The notes beneath the pieces are model-generated. The model saw only the letters and a list, made by a program, of their open reading frames with translations, made no database searches and was not told where the DNA came from. The position numbers and the translations under genes are program-made. Positions 17,428-27,346 of a stretch of DNA of 64,000 nucleotides are shown in pieces; position 1 is the stretch's first letter, and every line of letters starts with the position of its first letter. Origin of the DNA: Candidatus Altimarinota bacterium (lineage in GTDB: Bacteria; Patescibacteriota; Gracilibacteria; UBA1369; GCA-2718715); the NCBI GenBank assembly GCA_041242255.1, contig JBESAV010000001.1:128001-192000 (forward strand), written 5' to 3'.

Positions 17428-19752
17428 CTACCCCGCCGGCAAACTCATGTAATCCACTAAAAACTCAGTAATATCCCTAAACACAGGAACAGCCGTATCA
17501 CCAGCCCACTGAGAGGTTCTTGGCTTTTCAATTCTTACAAGTATCACAAACTTAGGATCTTCAGCCGGAGCATAACCTACAAAAGTCGCCATGGTAGTAC
17601 CTGGCCCTTCCAACGGAACCCCATTCTTATAAGTCTGTGCTGTACCAGTCTTACCAGCAATACTATACCCTTCAAGCTTTCCTTGTCCTGCCTCCCCCTT
17701 CTCTACAACCGATACAAGCATAGCAGTCAAAGTATTTGCAGTCTTCTTAGAAACAACCTTCCTAAGAATCTTTGGGCTTAACTCCTCCACAAAACCATCA
17801 GAATGCTCAATCTTCTTAACCAGAGTAGGCTGCATCAAAACTCCATCATTTGCCAAAGCAGCATAAGACATAACCATCTGCAATGGCGTAACAGTTAGAC
17901 CTTGCCCAAACGAAATAGTTGCCAACTCACTATCCGCCCAACCATTTGGCTTTCTCAAGTACCCATCTTTTTCATCAGCAAACTCTATCTCTAAACTCTC
18001 TCCAAAACCAAATTTCTGAATATATTCATAAAACAAAGTTCTACCAATTTTATTAGCAATCCAAGCCATACCAATATTATTTGAAGTCTCTAAAACCTGC
18101 GTCATTGTGATTTCACCATAATGCTGTCCAAAAGCATTATTAATAGTAAACTCATCTACTTTAATTGGCCCTTCATCAAGCATAGTCGTAGTAGGAGTAA
18201 CACTACCTGTATCAATTGCAGCAGCCATAGCTATAGGTTTAAAAACTGAACCAGGCTCATAAGTATCAACAATCGGTCTATTCCTAAATACTCCTGTACC
18301 TAATTTGTTTTTAAACTGCTCATAATAAAGAACATTCGCCTCAGGATCTTCAGGATCATAAACCTTATCTTCATCTTCAACAGGTATCAAAGGAAGTTCC
18401 CTGTATATATCACCCTCCTCTTCATAAAACACCTCTTCCCCAGTCGCATATTCGTATCTAGCTACAAACCCCTTTCTTGTTCCTACCAACTCTTCAATCT
18501 CATCCTCACTTCTACCTTCTAATTCTTCCTCAGTCCACACTGGAAAAACAAACTCTTCAGTCTCACCAGCCTCCCAATATTCATTTGGATCAAAAGTTGG
18601 ATAGTTAGCCATAGAAATAATCTCTCCAGTTTCAGGCTGAACCACAATCACTTGACCAGCATTAGCATCAAAAGCTTGAACATAATAAGCTAAAGTATCC
18701 TGCACGTACTTCTGAACAGATCTATCAATTGTCAGGTACACATTTGCTCCATCCACAGCAGGCTTTATCAATGTATCACTACCGACAGTCAACTGATTAC
18801 CCAAGCCATCAACCTGCGCTTGAAATAAACCAGGCTCACCTCCTAACAACTCTTCATAATTCAACTCCATTCCATACTGACCCTCCTCACGATTCATAAA
18901 TCCAATCACCTGAGAAGCCAATGCACCTTCTGGGTAATACCTGTATGTTTCTTCTTCAAAACCAATCCCCCTAAATAACTCCTTATCTTCTTTTTTCATT
19001 TTCTTCAACTCATTAGAGACCTCATGGTCAACCGCTTGCGCCAAAACCACATACTTATTTTGACCTTGAGCTAGATTCTCCAATCTCCCAACCGATATAT
19101 CTAAAACTGTAGATAGACGTTTAGCAAAAAGTTTAGGATCACTCACTCTTGGAGGAAAAAGATAAATACCCTCTTCAACACTAGCCACAACTGAAGATAA
19201 CCCCAAAGCATTAACTTCAGCCACTAAACTAGCCGACGGATCAGAGACCAACAGTATCCTCTGCCTTACTTTCTCACCAATTTTACCTAAAATCTCAGCT
19301 TCAAATTCTACCTTAAGTTCACTCAAAGGTTTAGGTTTCAAAATATCATTCAACTCTTCTTCAGATAAATCAGCCGGTAACCTTTTACGCTCCTCCTTTA
19401 GTCTTTCCTCTTCTTGTTCTAAAGCAAGCTCATGATCAAACAACAAAGGGGCAATCAACTTAGAAAGCTTCACAGGATCCTGAATCAAAGAAGGATCTGC
19501 AAAAACAGTATCCAAAGTTATATTTGTAGCGACTCTATAATCATCTCCTGAATGCATATCTTGCAAAAATATCTCACCTCTCTTCGGCTCCAACTCTAAA
19601 TACCCCTGCTGATTAGCAAGTGCTAATGCTAAATACTCATCATGCTGAAATACTTGTAGGTAAAATAGCTTCCCCACTATCATAGAAGTAAACACCAGCA
19701 AACAAAGCATTATAACCGATAGTCTTTTCCCATAGTTATATACTTCTGACAT
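17428..19752 (-). CDS. class B penicillin-binding protein (FtsI/PBP2-type transpeptidase)
   Basis: N-terminal TM, KRGEI, RYYPEG, LTID, EPGSVFK (SxxK), TSNN (SxN), KTGTAQ. Confidence 0.93.
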   Translation of the reverse strand: MSEVYNYGKRLSVIMLCLLVFTSMIVGKLFYLQVFQHDEYLALALANQQGYLELEPKRGEIFLQDMHSGDDYRVATNITLDTVFADPSLIQDPVKLSKLIAPLLFDHELALEQEEERLKEERKRLPADLSEEELNDILKPKPLSELKVEFEAEILGKIGEKVRQRILLVSDPSASLVAEVNALGLSSVVASVEEGIYLFPPRVSDPKLFAKRLSTVLDISVGRLENLAQGQNKYVVLAQAVDHEVSNELKKMKKEDKELFRGIGFEEETYRYYPEGALASQVIGFMNREEGQYGMELNYEELLGGEPGLFQAQVDGLGNQLTVGSDTLIKPAVDGANVYLTIDRSVQKYVQDTLAYYVQAFDANAGQVIVVQPETGEIISMANYPTFDPNEYWEAGETEEFVFPVWTEEELEGRSEDEIEELVGTRKGFVARYEYATGEEVFYEEEGDIYRELPLIPVEDEDKVYDPEDPEANVLYYEQFKNKLGTGVFRNRPIVDTYEPGSVFKPIAMAAAIDTGSVTPTTTMLDEGPIKVDEFTINNAFGQHYGEITMTQVLETSNNIGMAWIANKIGRTLFYEYIQKFGFGESLEIEFADEKDGYLRKPNGWADSELATISFGQGLTVTPLQMVMSYAALANDGVLMQPTLVKKIEHSDGFVEELSPKILRKVVSKKTANTLTAMLVSVVEKGEAGQGKLEGYSIAGKTGTAQTYKNGVPLEGPGTTMATFVGYAPAEDPKFVILVRIEKPRTSQWAGDTAVPVFRDITEFLVDYMSLPAG

Positions 19753-19897
19753 TCAACAATTTAAATTTCTTAGTAGAAACATTTTATATCATCTCCCAAA
19801 CAAAACCACCCCTTCTCAGCAAAATACTTTCAAAAACTCAAAAATATTTACTTATTAAAAAATAAAACCCTATAATGCAAAAAAATTAAAACCAAAC

Positions 19898-21163
19898 ATG
19901 CATACCAAACACACACTCCCAAACGGACTAAGACTTATCACCAAACCACTCGAAGGAACCAAAGCTGTAACTATAATGGTTTTAGTAGGAGCAGGTTCAC
20001 GGTACGAAACCAAAGAAATCAACGGTATCGCCCACTTCCTAGAGCACATGTTTTTCAAAGGTGCAGAACGCTTCAAAAACACCAAAGAAGTTTCAGAAGC
20101 AATCGACGGAATCGGAGGAGACTTCAACGCATTCACAGGTAAAGAATATGCTGGTTACTACGTGAAAGTAGCAGGAACTAAGATCGAAACAGGTATAGAC
20201 GTTCTGAGCGACATGCTTCTAAATGCTAGATTTGACCAAGAAGAAATAGACAAAGAACGCGGAGTTATACTAGAAGAACTAAACATGTACCAAGATGCCC
20301 CTATGTATCAAATAGGATGGGATTTCGAACAAACCGTATTTGGAGACCAGCCGCTTGGTTGGGATCAAATTGGAACTCCAGAACTCATCAAGTCAGTAAC
20401 AAAAGAGCAATTCCAAGACTTCAAAAATAAACTCTACACACCAGACAACACAGTTATCACAATTGTTGGTGACATTAATGAAGAAAAAGCCAAACAGCTC
20501 ATCCAAAAATACTTCAACTTCACGGACTCAAAAAAAGCTTACAACTTCAAACCTTTCAAGAAACTAGAAGATAAACCACAAATAAAAGTTACCAACAAAC
20601 AAACCGAACAAGCCCACTTGTACGTTGGATTCCCTTCAATAAACTCTCTCGACAAAAGATATTGGACACAAAAAGTTCTATCTAGCATCCTCGGTGGAAA
20701 CATGAGTTCAAGAATGTTCCTAAACGTAAGAGAGGCCCAAGGATTATGCTATTACGTTAACACCAGTATAGACTCTTACCTAGACACTGGTTCATTTGCC
20801 ACAAGAGCAGGAGTTGATACCTCACGCATCAAAGATGCCATCAAAGCAATACTCAAAGAATACTCAAACATCAAAGGAGAACTCATACCAGAATCAGAAT
20901 TAACCAAAGGTAAAGAGTACCTAAAAGGTAAAATGATCCTAAGACTAGAAGACTCCGAAAACTACGCATCTTTATTAGCTGAAGAAGAACTTCTTACAAA
21001 TGAAATCAAAGACCTCAAAAACATAATCCAAGAAATAGATGCTGTAACAGCACAAGACATAGCAGATTTCACAAACGAATTCTTCAAAGAAGAAAACCTT
21101 CACCTAACAGTTATAGGACCATACCAAAAAGAAGATTTCACAGATATTCTAAAGCTAAACTAA
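19898..21163 (+). CDS. M16 family zinc peptidase
   Basis: GSRYE, HFLEH inverted zincin motif, NAFT, SSRMF..VRE..GLCY. Confidence 0.94.
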   Translation: MHTKHTLPNGLRLITKPLEGTKAVTIMVLVGAGSRYETKEINGIAHFLEHMFFKGAERFKNTKEVSEAIDGIGGDFNAFTGKEYAGYYVKVAGTKIETGIDVLSDMLLNARFDQEEIDKERGVILEELNMYQDAPMYQIGWDFEQTVFGDQPLGWDQIGTPELIKSVTKEQFQDFKNKLYTPDNTVITIVGDINEEKAKQLIQKYFNFTDSKKAYNFKPFKKLEDKPQIKVTNKQTEQAHLYVGFPSINSLDKRYWTQKVLSSILGGNMSSRMFLNVREAQGLCYYVNTSIDSYLDTGSFATRAGVDTSRIKDAIKAILKEYSNIKGELIPESELTKGKEYLKGKMILRLEDSENYASLLAEEELLTNEIKDLKNIIQEIDAVTAQDIADFTNEFFKEENLHLTVIGPYQKEDFTDILKLN

Positions 21164-21241
21164 ATCCAACTAATCAAACTAGTAGTTGCCAAAAGAAAAA
21201 CTTTCCTATAAAAATAAACCAATTAATTTAACACATCAAAC

Positions 21242-21730
21242 ATGAGATTTGACGGAGTATATGAAAAAACACTTGTCCTCATTAAACCAGACGCAATTCA
21301 AAGAGGTTTAGTTGGACAAATACTACAAAGATTTGAAAACAAAGGTTTAAAAATGGTTGGAATGAAAATGATCAGCCTAGATGAAGCAATCTTAAACGAA
21401 CACTACTCTCACATTGCCGACAAAGACTTTTTCCCAGGAGTTTCAAACTTCATGCAAAGCTCTCCAGTAATCGCCCTTTGTCTAGAAGGACTTGAGGTTG
21501 TAGAAGCAGTAAGAATTATCACTGGAATCACTAAATCAAGATCTGCAGAAGCTGGTTCAATCAGAGGTGACTTCGCAATGAGTGTTGCATGTAACGTAAT
21601 CCACGCTTCAGACTCAGTTGAAAACGCCAAAGCTGAAGTTGAAAGATTCTTTGATGAATCAGAAATCCACGAATATATGAAATCAGAATTCGAATTCGTA
21701 TACGTACAAGACGAAAGAGAAGAAGCTTAA
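21242..21730 (+). CDS. ndk: nucleoside diphosphate kinase
   Basis: TLVLIKPDA, GSIRGDFA, NVIHASDS. Confidence 0.96.
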   Translation: MRFDGVYEKTLVLIKPDAIQRGLVGQILQRFENKGLKMVGMKMISLDEAILNEHYSHIADKDFFPGVSNFMQSSPVIALCLEGLEVVEAVRIITGITKSRSAEAGSIRGDFAMSVACNVIHASDSVENAKAEVERFFDESEIHEYMKSEFEFVYVQDEREEA

Positions 21731-21750
21731 ATTCAAAACTAGTTTCAAAC

Positions 21751-21780
21751 AAAAAGCTCACAATTAACGTGGGCTTTTTT
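21751..21780 (+). terminator. intrinsic terminator after ndk
   Basis: aaaaagctcac..gtgggctttttt. Confidence 0.7.
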
Positions 21781-21810
21781 AGTAGATCAGTTCTGCTATA
21801 CTTTAGAAAA

Positions 21811-22635
21811 ATGCTACCAAACTCCATCACTCTCCAGCACGAAAACCAAACATACTCCCATCCAATTCTTTACGGTGAGTATATTCATGAAACCTTATAC
21901 CTGATACATCCAGACAAAAAAATCGCCCTAAACATACCAACTGAGCAATTCTCAAATTTTATAGAAGACCTATCAAGAAACATAATCAAAAAAACAAACC
22001 CAAAAGCAAAACTATTCCAAATAAACTCTTTCGAATTCCTAGCTAAACAATCCAATTTCAAACTCCAAAAACACAATTACTTACTCCCACACGCAATCAT
22101 TTTTGTCCCATCACAGATAAACGGAGAACAAATTTTAGAAATAGACCAACATATACAACTCACTCCTGACAACTCTCCGATATATTTCGACTACCCAAAA
22201 CCAAACAAAACAAATTTCATCAACAAAATCAAACACCTCCAAAAAAACCTATCTGACAAAAAAGAATTCATAAATTTCAAATACACACACCACTCCAAGC
22301 AACCTGATCAAATTATTTTAACAAGTAAAGAGCTTTCCAATCCTTTCCTACTAAAAACACCTGACTTCACTTTGATCTCAGAAACAAAAAACTTTAACAA
22401 ACCAAACTTCAACCAAAACATACTCTTTGCTGAAGATCACCCACGATATTATCAAAAAGGACAACTTCAGATCCACACATCCACCAAAACATTCGACTAC
22501 TCACTTGATCAATCAACATCAATAATCCAAACAAACATCCAAGAAAATCTAACACTTAAGATCAACAATAAAACCAAAGCCTTCGACCTTTTCAAAAATC
22601 TATCAAAAGCAATTAACGACAGTAAAAATGATTAA
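21811..22635 (+). CDS. hypothetical protein, possibly a degenerate chorismate-binding (TrpE/PabB-like) fold
   Basis: Start moved to ATG 21811 because the track's GTG lies in the ndk terminator and TGCTATACT sits at 21794-21802; only faint TrpE-like motifs. Confidence 0.55.
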   Translation: MLPNSITLQHENQTYSHPILYGEYIHETLYLIHPDKKIALNIPTEQFSNFIEDLSRNIIKKTNPKAKLFQINSFEFLAKQSNFKLQKHNYLLPHAIIFVPSQINGEQILEIDQHIQLTPDNSPIYFDYPKPNKTNFINKIKHLQKNLSDKKEFINFKYTHHSKQPDQIILTSKELSNPFLLKTPDFTLISETKNFNKPNFNQNILFAEDHPRYYQKGQLQIHTSTKTFDYSLDQSTSIIQTNIQENLTLKINNKTKAFDLFKNLSKAINDSKND

Positions 22636-23116
22636 AAAACTACTCATCACACTCTTTCCACTAGCCATAACCATCGGAGTCTACTCTATGGCTGATTATA
22701 TCGCCCAACAACCCTTTGATATCTCTAACTACCCTACCCTAAAAACCACCATCAACAATCAAGAAATAACCCTAGCCACAGTCTGGACACCTGAGCTTCA
22801 AGCTAAAGGATTCATGTATGTGTCTGAAATACCAGAAGATCAAGGAATGCTTTTCACCTACCCTGAAGAAAAGCCACGAAACTTCTGGATGAAAGACACA
22901 ATCGTTCCACTCGACATAATCTTCTTAGACCAAAACTACCAAATCATAAACATCCACCACAATGCTAGACCATGTAACGAAATAGATCCAACCCAGCAAA
23001 ACTGCCCAAGCTACTCCAGCCAGGCGCCAAGCCAATACATCATCGAACTCCCCTCCCCTCAGGCCAAAAACCTAAATCTCCAACCTGGCCAAACTATCAG
23101 AGTTGAATTTGAATAA
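22628..23116 (+). CDS. DUF192 family protein
   Basis: GFMY..GMLF, FWMKDT.VPLDIIF, PC..CPSY, YIIEL. Confidence 0.92.
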   Translation: MIKKLLITLFPLAITIGVYSMADYIAQQPFDISNYPTLKTTINNQEITLATVWTPELQAKGFMYVSEIPEDQGMLFTYPEEKPRNFWMKDTIVPLDIIFLDQNYQIINIHHNARPCNEIDPTQQNCPSYSSQAPSQYIIELPSPQAKNLNLQPGQTIRVEFE

Positions 23117-23142
23117 ATAAGGCAAATCCAGAACTGATAAAT

Positions 23143-23171
23143 TTGACACACCTACATAAATCACATATTAT
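23143..23171 (+). promoter_or_regulatory. sigma70 promoter TTGACA-17bp-TATTAT
   Basis: Exact -35 and 17-bp spacer upstream of the 60-aa ORF. Confidence 0.65.
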
Positions 23172-23195
23172 AAATCCAGATTTAAACAAGCAAAC

Positions 23196-23378
23196 ATGTC
23201 AGTTCAAATTCCTTACAGCGATGGACCAGAAAATCCTATCATAAGAACAGCCAAAGAGATAAAAGCTGCACAAGAAGAAATGAATGGTAAAGATAACACT
23301 CTAGCTGAAAGTACAGAAGAAACTAAACAAAGTATAAAAGATCTATTAGATAGCGATCCATACAGCAACTTCTTGTAA
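23196..23378 (+). CDS. small hypothetical protein
   Basis: 60-aa ORF with own promoter and a downstream hairpin/T-run. Confidence 0.6.
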   Translation: MSVQIPYSDGPENPIIRTAKEIKAAQEEMNGKDNTLAESTEETKQSIKDLLDSDPYSNFL

Positions 23379-23481
23379 GCTTCCAAAAAACAACAGAAAA
23401 AGAGTTTACATCTCAGTAAGCTCTTTTTTAATTTACACAAAGTAAACTTATATATAAGATATCGTCACTTAACAAACATTT

Positions 23482-24828
23482 ATGATACGAAGAGAAGTAA
23501 TTCGTAATCTATTCGACACAGAACACAGAACAATCATACACCAACAAGCAACACCAACAGATCTTCTTCGAAACCTACCAGAAAACCTTGGAGTTACCAT
23601 ATCACAAAACCATATTTTCACATTTGACCCTAGATACGATCATACTTTTCGCAGCGTTGATGATCGCCTAATCAGAATCAATCAACACGGTAGAGCAGAT
23701 ACCCCTGAAGACTATCAAATTGAAATAACAATCCAAACAATCAGAGACGAAATAGCCCACACATTCGAAATTGCTGGGCTAAACAACCAACTATACACAT
23801 GTATAAATCATGAAACAGCCCAAGAAAATATAAACGGAGTTTTCCATGGACTACTAAGCTACAACAACCACACCTTGGTTCAAGGCCACACTCCATTCAC
23901 TGTTGTAGATCAATACAACCAATACGACAACGAAAGATTTACTGCTATTCTTCCATCTAGCAGACACGACTGGTCAATGACTCATGCTTTAAATAACGTC
24001 ATATCTTTCTACAACAGACCAGAACAAATCCAACTCCAAGTAGACCAAAGATTTAGTAGCATCAGAAGATTCCCTCGACAACTTGAACCTGCCTCATTTG
24101 CAAATTCCCTTACCAACCTAAGAAGTTCCAGATTAGCAACTCTAAGTAGACTTTCCACCTACACAGAAGAGTCAACACTTGAGCCAGATGAATTCGAATT
24201 CATAAGGTATTTTCATAATCTATCAGAAGCAAACAGAAATTTCTTTAGAAGAAACACCAACCTCCAAACTCAAATCAACACTTTCTCCGAGCAAAACCCT
24301 CACATACAATTAACAGGACCAGCAACCCCATGCCTAATCCCTTTTGGTATAAGCACTCCTGTTGGAAATAAAATACACTCACAACTTACCCCTGCTGAAA
24401 ACCAAATTACAAATATTATTGCAGAGCAACAAGTAGACAGCCTATTCACCAGCTCGCTAAGCACAGGTGAAATCAACCCAGCTAGATTCATCTACCACAT
24501 CAGAAGATTATTCCAACTTTCTATAAGTTCCTTACCTGAAAATTATCGTATGGAACATCGTATAACTAAACCAACTGTCAGCTTTATTACAGCTATCAAA
24601 ATCCTGATAAAAATGTTCAACCACCCATATCTACACGAACTTGAAGAAACAGCCTTTAGCTTCAATCCAACATTATCCACTTTAGAATCTGACTTCTATC
24701 TATATTTTATCCAATATATGCTACTCCACCTAGAACTAAATCAATACACTCGTCTTCTGAAAACTATCATACAATACACCGAACACGAAAACCCAAATGA
24801 TCTATTCTTTGATACGGATATACTCTAA
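23482..24828 (+). CDS. hypothetical protein
   Basis: 448-aa ORF, no recognisable motif, no signal peptide. Confidence 0.7.
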   Translation: MIRREVIRNLFDTEHRTIIHQQATPTDLLRNLPENLGVTISQNHIFTFDPRYDHTFRSVDDRLIRINQHGRADTPEDYQIEITIQTIRDEIAHTFEIAGLNNQLYTCINHETAQENINGVFHGLLSYNNHTLVQGHTPFTVVDQYNQYDNERFTAILPSSRHDWSMTHALNNVISFYNRPEQIQLQVDQRFSSIRRFPRQLEPASFANSLTNLRSSRLATLSRLSTYTEESTLEPDEFEFIRYFHNLSEANRNFFRRNTNLQTQINTFSEQNPHIQLTGPATPCLIPFGISTPVGNKIHSQLTPAENQITNIIAEQQVDSLFTSSLSTGEINPARFIYHIRRLFQLSISSLPENYRMEHRITKPTVSFITAIKILIKMFNHPYLHELEETAFSFNPTLSTLESDFYLYFIQYMLLHLELNQYTRLLKTIIQYTEHENPNDLFFDTDIL

Positions 24829-24854
24829 TCTTTAAACAAGATTAATCCCAAAAA

Positions 24855-25400
24855 ATGGCTCACCCAAAAGCATTTACACTCTTAGAACTAATGCTAATTG
24901 TTGGTATTGTTTCCTTTATAACAGTAAGTAGCCTCACAGGCTTCCTAGTGAGTTCTGAGCGTCTTAAGTTTCAAAACGAAGTCCAAAACCTCCAATCCAC
25001 AATCTCCACTCAGAAGGCCCAAGGATTGAATAATACTGACGAAAATACAGTCTACTCATTAGACATAGACCAAGAAAAAATCATCCTAAACCAAACCAAC
25101 ACCTCAACCCAACAAGTTGACTCAAATCTATACAAAATAAACACAGAAGAAATCACTCTTTCAAACTTCAACGCAAAACAAACCACAAGCTCTTGGCAAA
25201 CAATCACCTCTCCAGAAATCAACATAACCATAAACACCGAAAACCGCACCTGCTCCATAACCAACACTTCAACCCAGGAAGAATACCTTATCCTCCACAT
25301 CCCAATCTCTCGCCCAACCGAAACAACTCCCAGCAAACACCTCTACATCCACCGCGAAAACTGCCTAATCGAATCCCTCAACAACCAAATCCAAACCTAA
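24855..25400 (+). CDS. type IV pilin-like protein (FimU/GspH-like)
   Basis: Class III signal KA|FTLLELMLIVGIV with E5. Confidence 0.8.
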   Translation: MAHPKAFTLLELMLIVGIVSFITVSSLTGFLVSSERLKFQNEVQNLQSTISTQKAQGLNNTDENTVYSLDIDQEKIILNQTNTSTQQVDSNLYKINTEEITLSNFNAKQTTSSWQTITSPEINITINTENRTCSITNTSTQEEYLILHIPISRPTETTPSKHLYIHRENCLIESLNNQIQT

Positions 25401-25432
25401 AAAAAACCCACTTTTATCAAGTGGGTCTATTT
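25399..25432. terminator. terminator between convergent genes
   Basis: A-run + acccactt-ttatc-aagtgggt. Confidence 0.65.
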
Positions 25433-25450
25433 AATTGATTTATCTATAAA

Positions 25451-27346
25451 CTATTTTTTCTTTCTTCTGATTCCAAACAATCCTAGTAAAGTCGCTACTA
25501 AAGCAGCTCCTGGTGCAGCCGGCTTTTCAGTTGGAACTGCATTACAAGTTGGATCTTGATCATCTCCTCCACCTGGAGTAACTTCACCTTGTGGGTTTCC
25601 GTGATCCACAACTGGTTTTTCGTCTTTATCCATTTCATCTGGATTCATATCAGGATCCATATCTGGATTATCTTCTGGGTCCATATCAGGTCCCATATCT
25701 GGGTTATCTTCCGGATCCATGTCAGGCCCCATATCTACAGGTTCTTCTACTTCATTAAGCCTAACCTCTAATGCTTCAACTTTATAATTTATATTATCAG
25801 CAGCATCAACAGAAATCATAACTATAACATAAGCTTCTTCTCTTGCTTCAAATCCAACTTCAGTAGCATCAAGGTCAACTTCTTTAATTGAACCCAAAGA
25901 TCCCATTTTAAATGTAACTTCACCCTCAGGAGTTTCTTCCACATTAACATTACCTTGTATCCAATCAACTTTCTCAGCTTCAGACATATTATTAAACTCA
26001 GAAACAGTCATACCCTCAACCATAGGAATAGAAGCAACCGAAACATTAGCCATCGCAAGACCATCAAGTGATCCAGCTGGCCAAGTTAAAACAACTTCAG
26101 TAGGAACCTCTTCCACATCAATCACATTAAGTCCATTTTCCTCATAAGCTCCTTCAATTTCAAAATCAATTGCTGCAGGAGCAACAACATCAATGTTTAA
26201 AGCAATCTCTTGGCTTACTTCAGCTCCATTCTCATCCAAAACAACATTTCCATCAGCATCCAAAACTTTCACATTCGCAACAGTAGTTATCTCTCCTTTA
26301 CTTGCATCTAGTAATTCTTGAACAGTAAATACTTTTTCGTAAGTTCCTCCTCCCAAATCTGAAAGATCATAGCTTACACCATCAACAAACAGAGCAATCG
26401 AACCATTCTCAACCATATCAGTAACCTGAACCTGCAAAGCCTTATTACCAGCCTCAACAACATTCAAACTAAACTCCGCCGGCACACTCAACACAGGAGT
26501 AGGCGTAGCTACCACAGCTTCCATTTTATATTGTTTATAATCACCATTATATTCAGTTCCATAAAAGATTGTTTCGTCAGGTGCAACAGCTGTTGATAAA
26601 CCAAAACCACTTTTCAAACTACCGTTTTGCTGATACAAATCTAACTTAATCAATAAAGTATTAATTTTCTGATCTGCTATACCATTAGAAGCTTCAGGAT
26701 TTGCCATTAAGTCACCAGTGAAATAACTAAACATTAGCCCATTATCAAACGCTACACCTGCTTTATCACCATTAGGTGTCATCACAAAGTACAACGGCTT
26801 AGGTGAAACAGAATTAGATAACTCACTAACAGCAAATGAGGGTGTACCTATATCAGAAATATTAAAAACGTGAGATTTAACTCCGGTTGTTACCATCACA
26901 TAACCTTCACCAATGGGAACAATACCATTGGATATATTAACAGATTCTTGAAAAGGAACACTTTCAACCACAGAACCAGAATTAACATCAATTATCTCCA
27001 TCACATCACCATTTACAGACTGTAACTTCACAGCATAATTAGAATTTAATTCTACTACCCCACCGTTATTAATACCTCTTTCTAATTGAAAGCCGTAAGA
27101 ACCTGGATTACTAAAGTCAGCATTAAAAGCACCTGCTACTGGATCTGTACTACTTAAAGAACCAATGAATCTTACATCATCAACAGTCCCCGGGTCAGCT
27201 TCAGCATTTTTTTCAACACCACCAAAAGCAGCCATTGCAGCTAAGGCAGCTATAGTATTCCTTAAAGAAGGTAGCTTCGATACCTTAATTTCTTTTTTAT
27301 TTCCCTCAACACTTGGTTTTTCTAAACCTCTTTTTCTCTCAACCAT
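25451..27346 (-). CDS. secreted protein with acidic tandem repeats and MYXO-CTERM-like C-terminal tag
   Basis: Likely start MVERKRG at 27346 (track starts at 27409); signal AALAAMAAFGG..AEA; ends DDQDPTCNAVPTEKPAAPGAALVATLLGLFGIRRKKK. Confidence 0.8.
   Translation of the reverse strand: MVERKRGLEKPSVEGNKKEIKVSKLPSLRNTIAALAAMAAFGGVEKNAEADPGTVDDVRFIGSLSSTDPVAGAFNADFSNPGSYGFQLERGINNGGVVELNSNYAVKLQSVNGDVMEIIDVNSGSVVESVPFQESVNISNGIVPIGEGYVMVTTGVKSHVFNISDIGTPSFAVSELSNSVSPKPLYFVMTPNGDKAGVAFDNGLMFSYFTGDLMANPEASNGIADQKINTLLIKLDLYQQNGSLKSGFGLSTAVAPDETIFYGTEYNGDYKQYKMEAVVATPTPVLSVPAEFSLNVVEAGNKALQVQVTDMVENGSIALFVDGVSYDLSDLGGGTYEKVFTVQELLDASKGEITTVANVKVLDADGNVVLDENGAEVSQEIALNIDVVAPAAIDFEIEGAYEENGLNVIDVEEVPTEVVLTWPAGSLDGLAMANVSVASIPMVEGMTVSEFNNMSEAEKVDWIQGNVNVEETPEGEVTFKMGSLGSIKEVDLDATEVGFEAREEAYVIVMISVDAADNINYKVEALEVRLNEVEEPVDMGPDMDPEDNPDMGPDMDPEDNPDMDPDMNPDEMDKDEKPVVDHGNPQGEVTPGGGDDQDPTCNAVPTEKPAAPGAALVATLLGLFGIRRKKK
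25630..25737 (-). repeat. coding tandem repeat (DMGPDMDPEDNP, 36-bp unit)
   Basis: Two full and partial copies visible in both DNA and protein. Confidence 0.85.

Noticed and set aside
25630-25737. CRISPR-like 36-bp periodicity
   Set aside because: Contiguous coding repeats with no unique spacers and no cas genes
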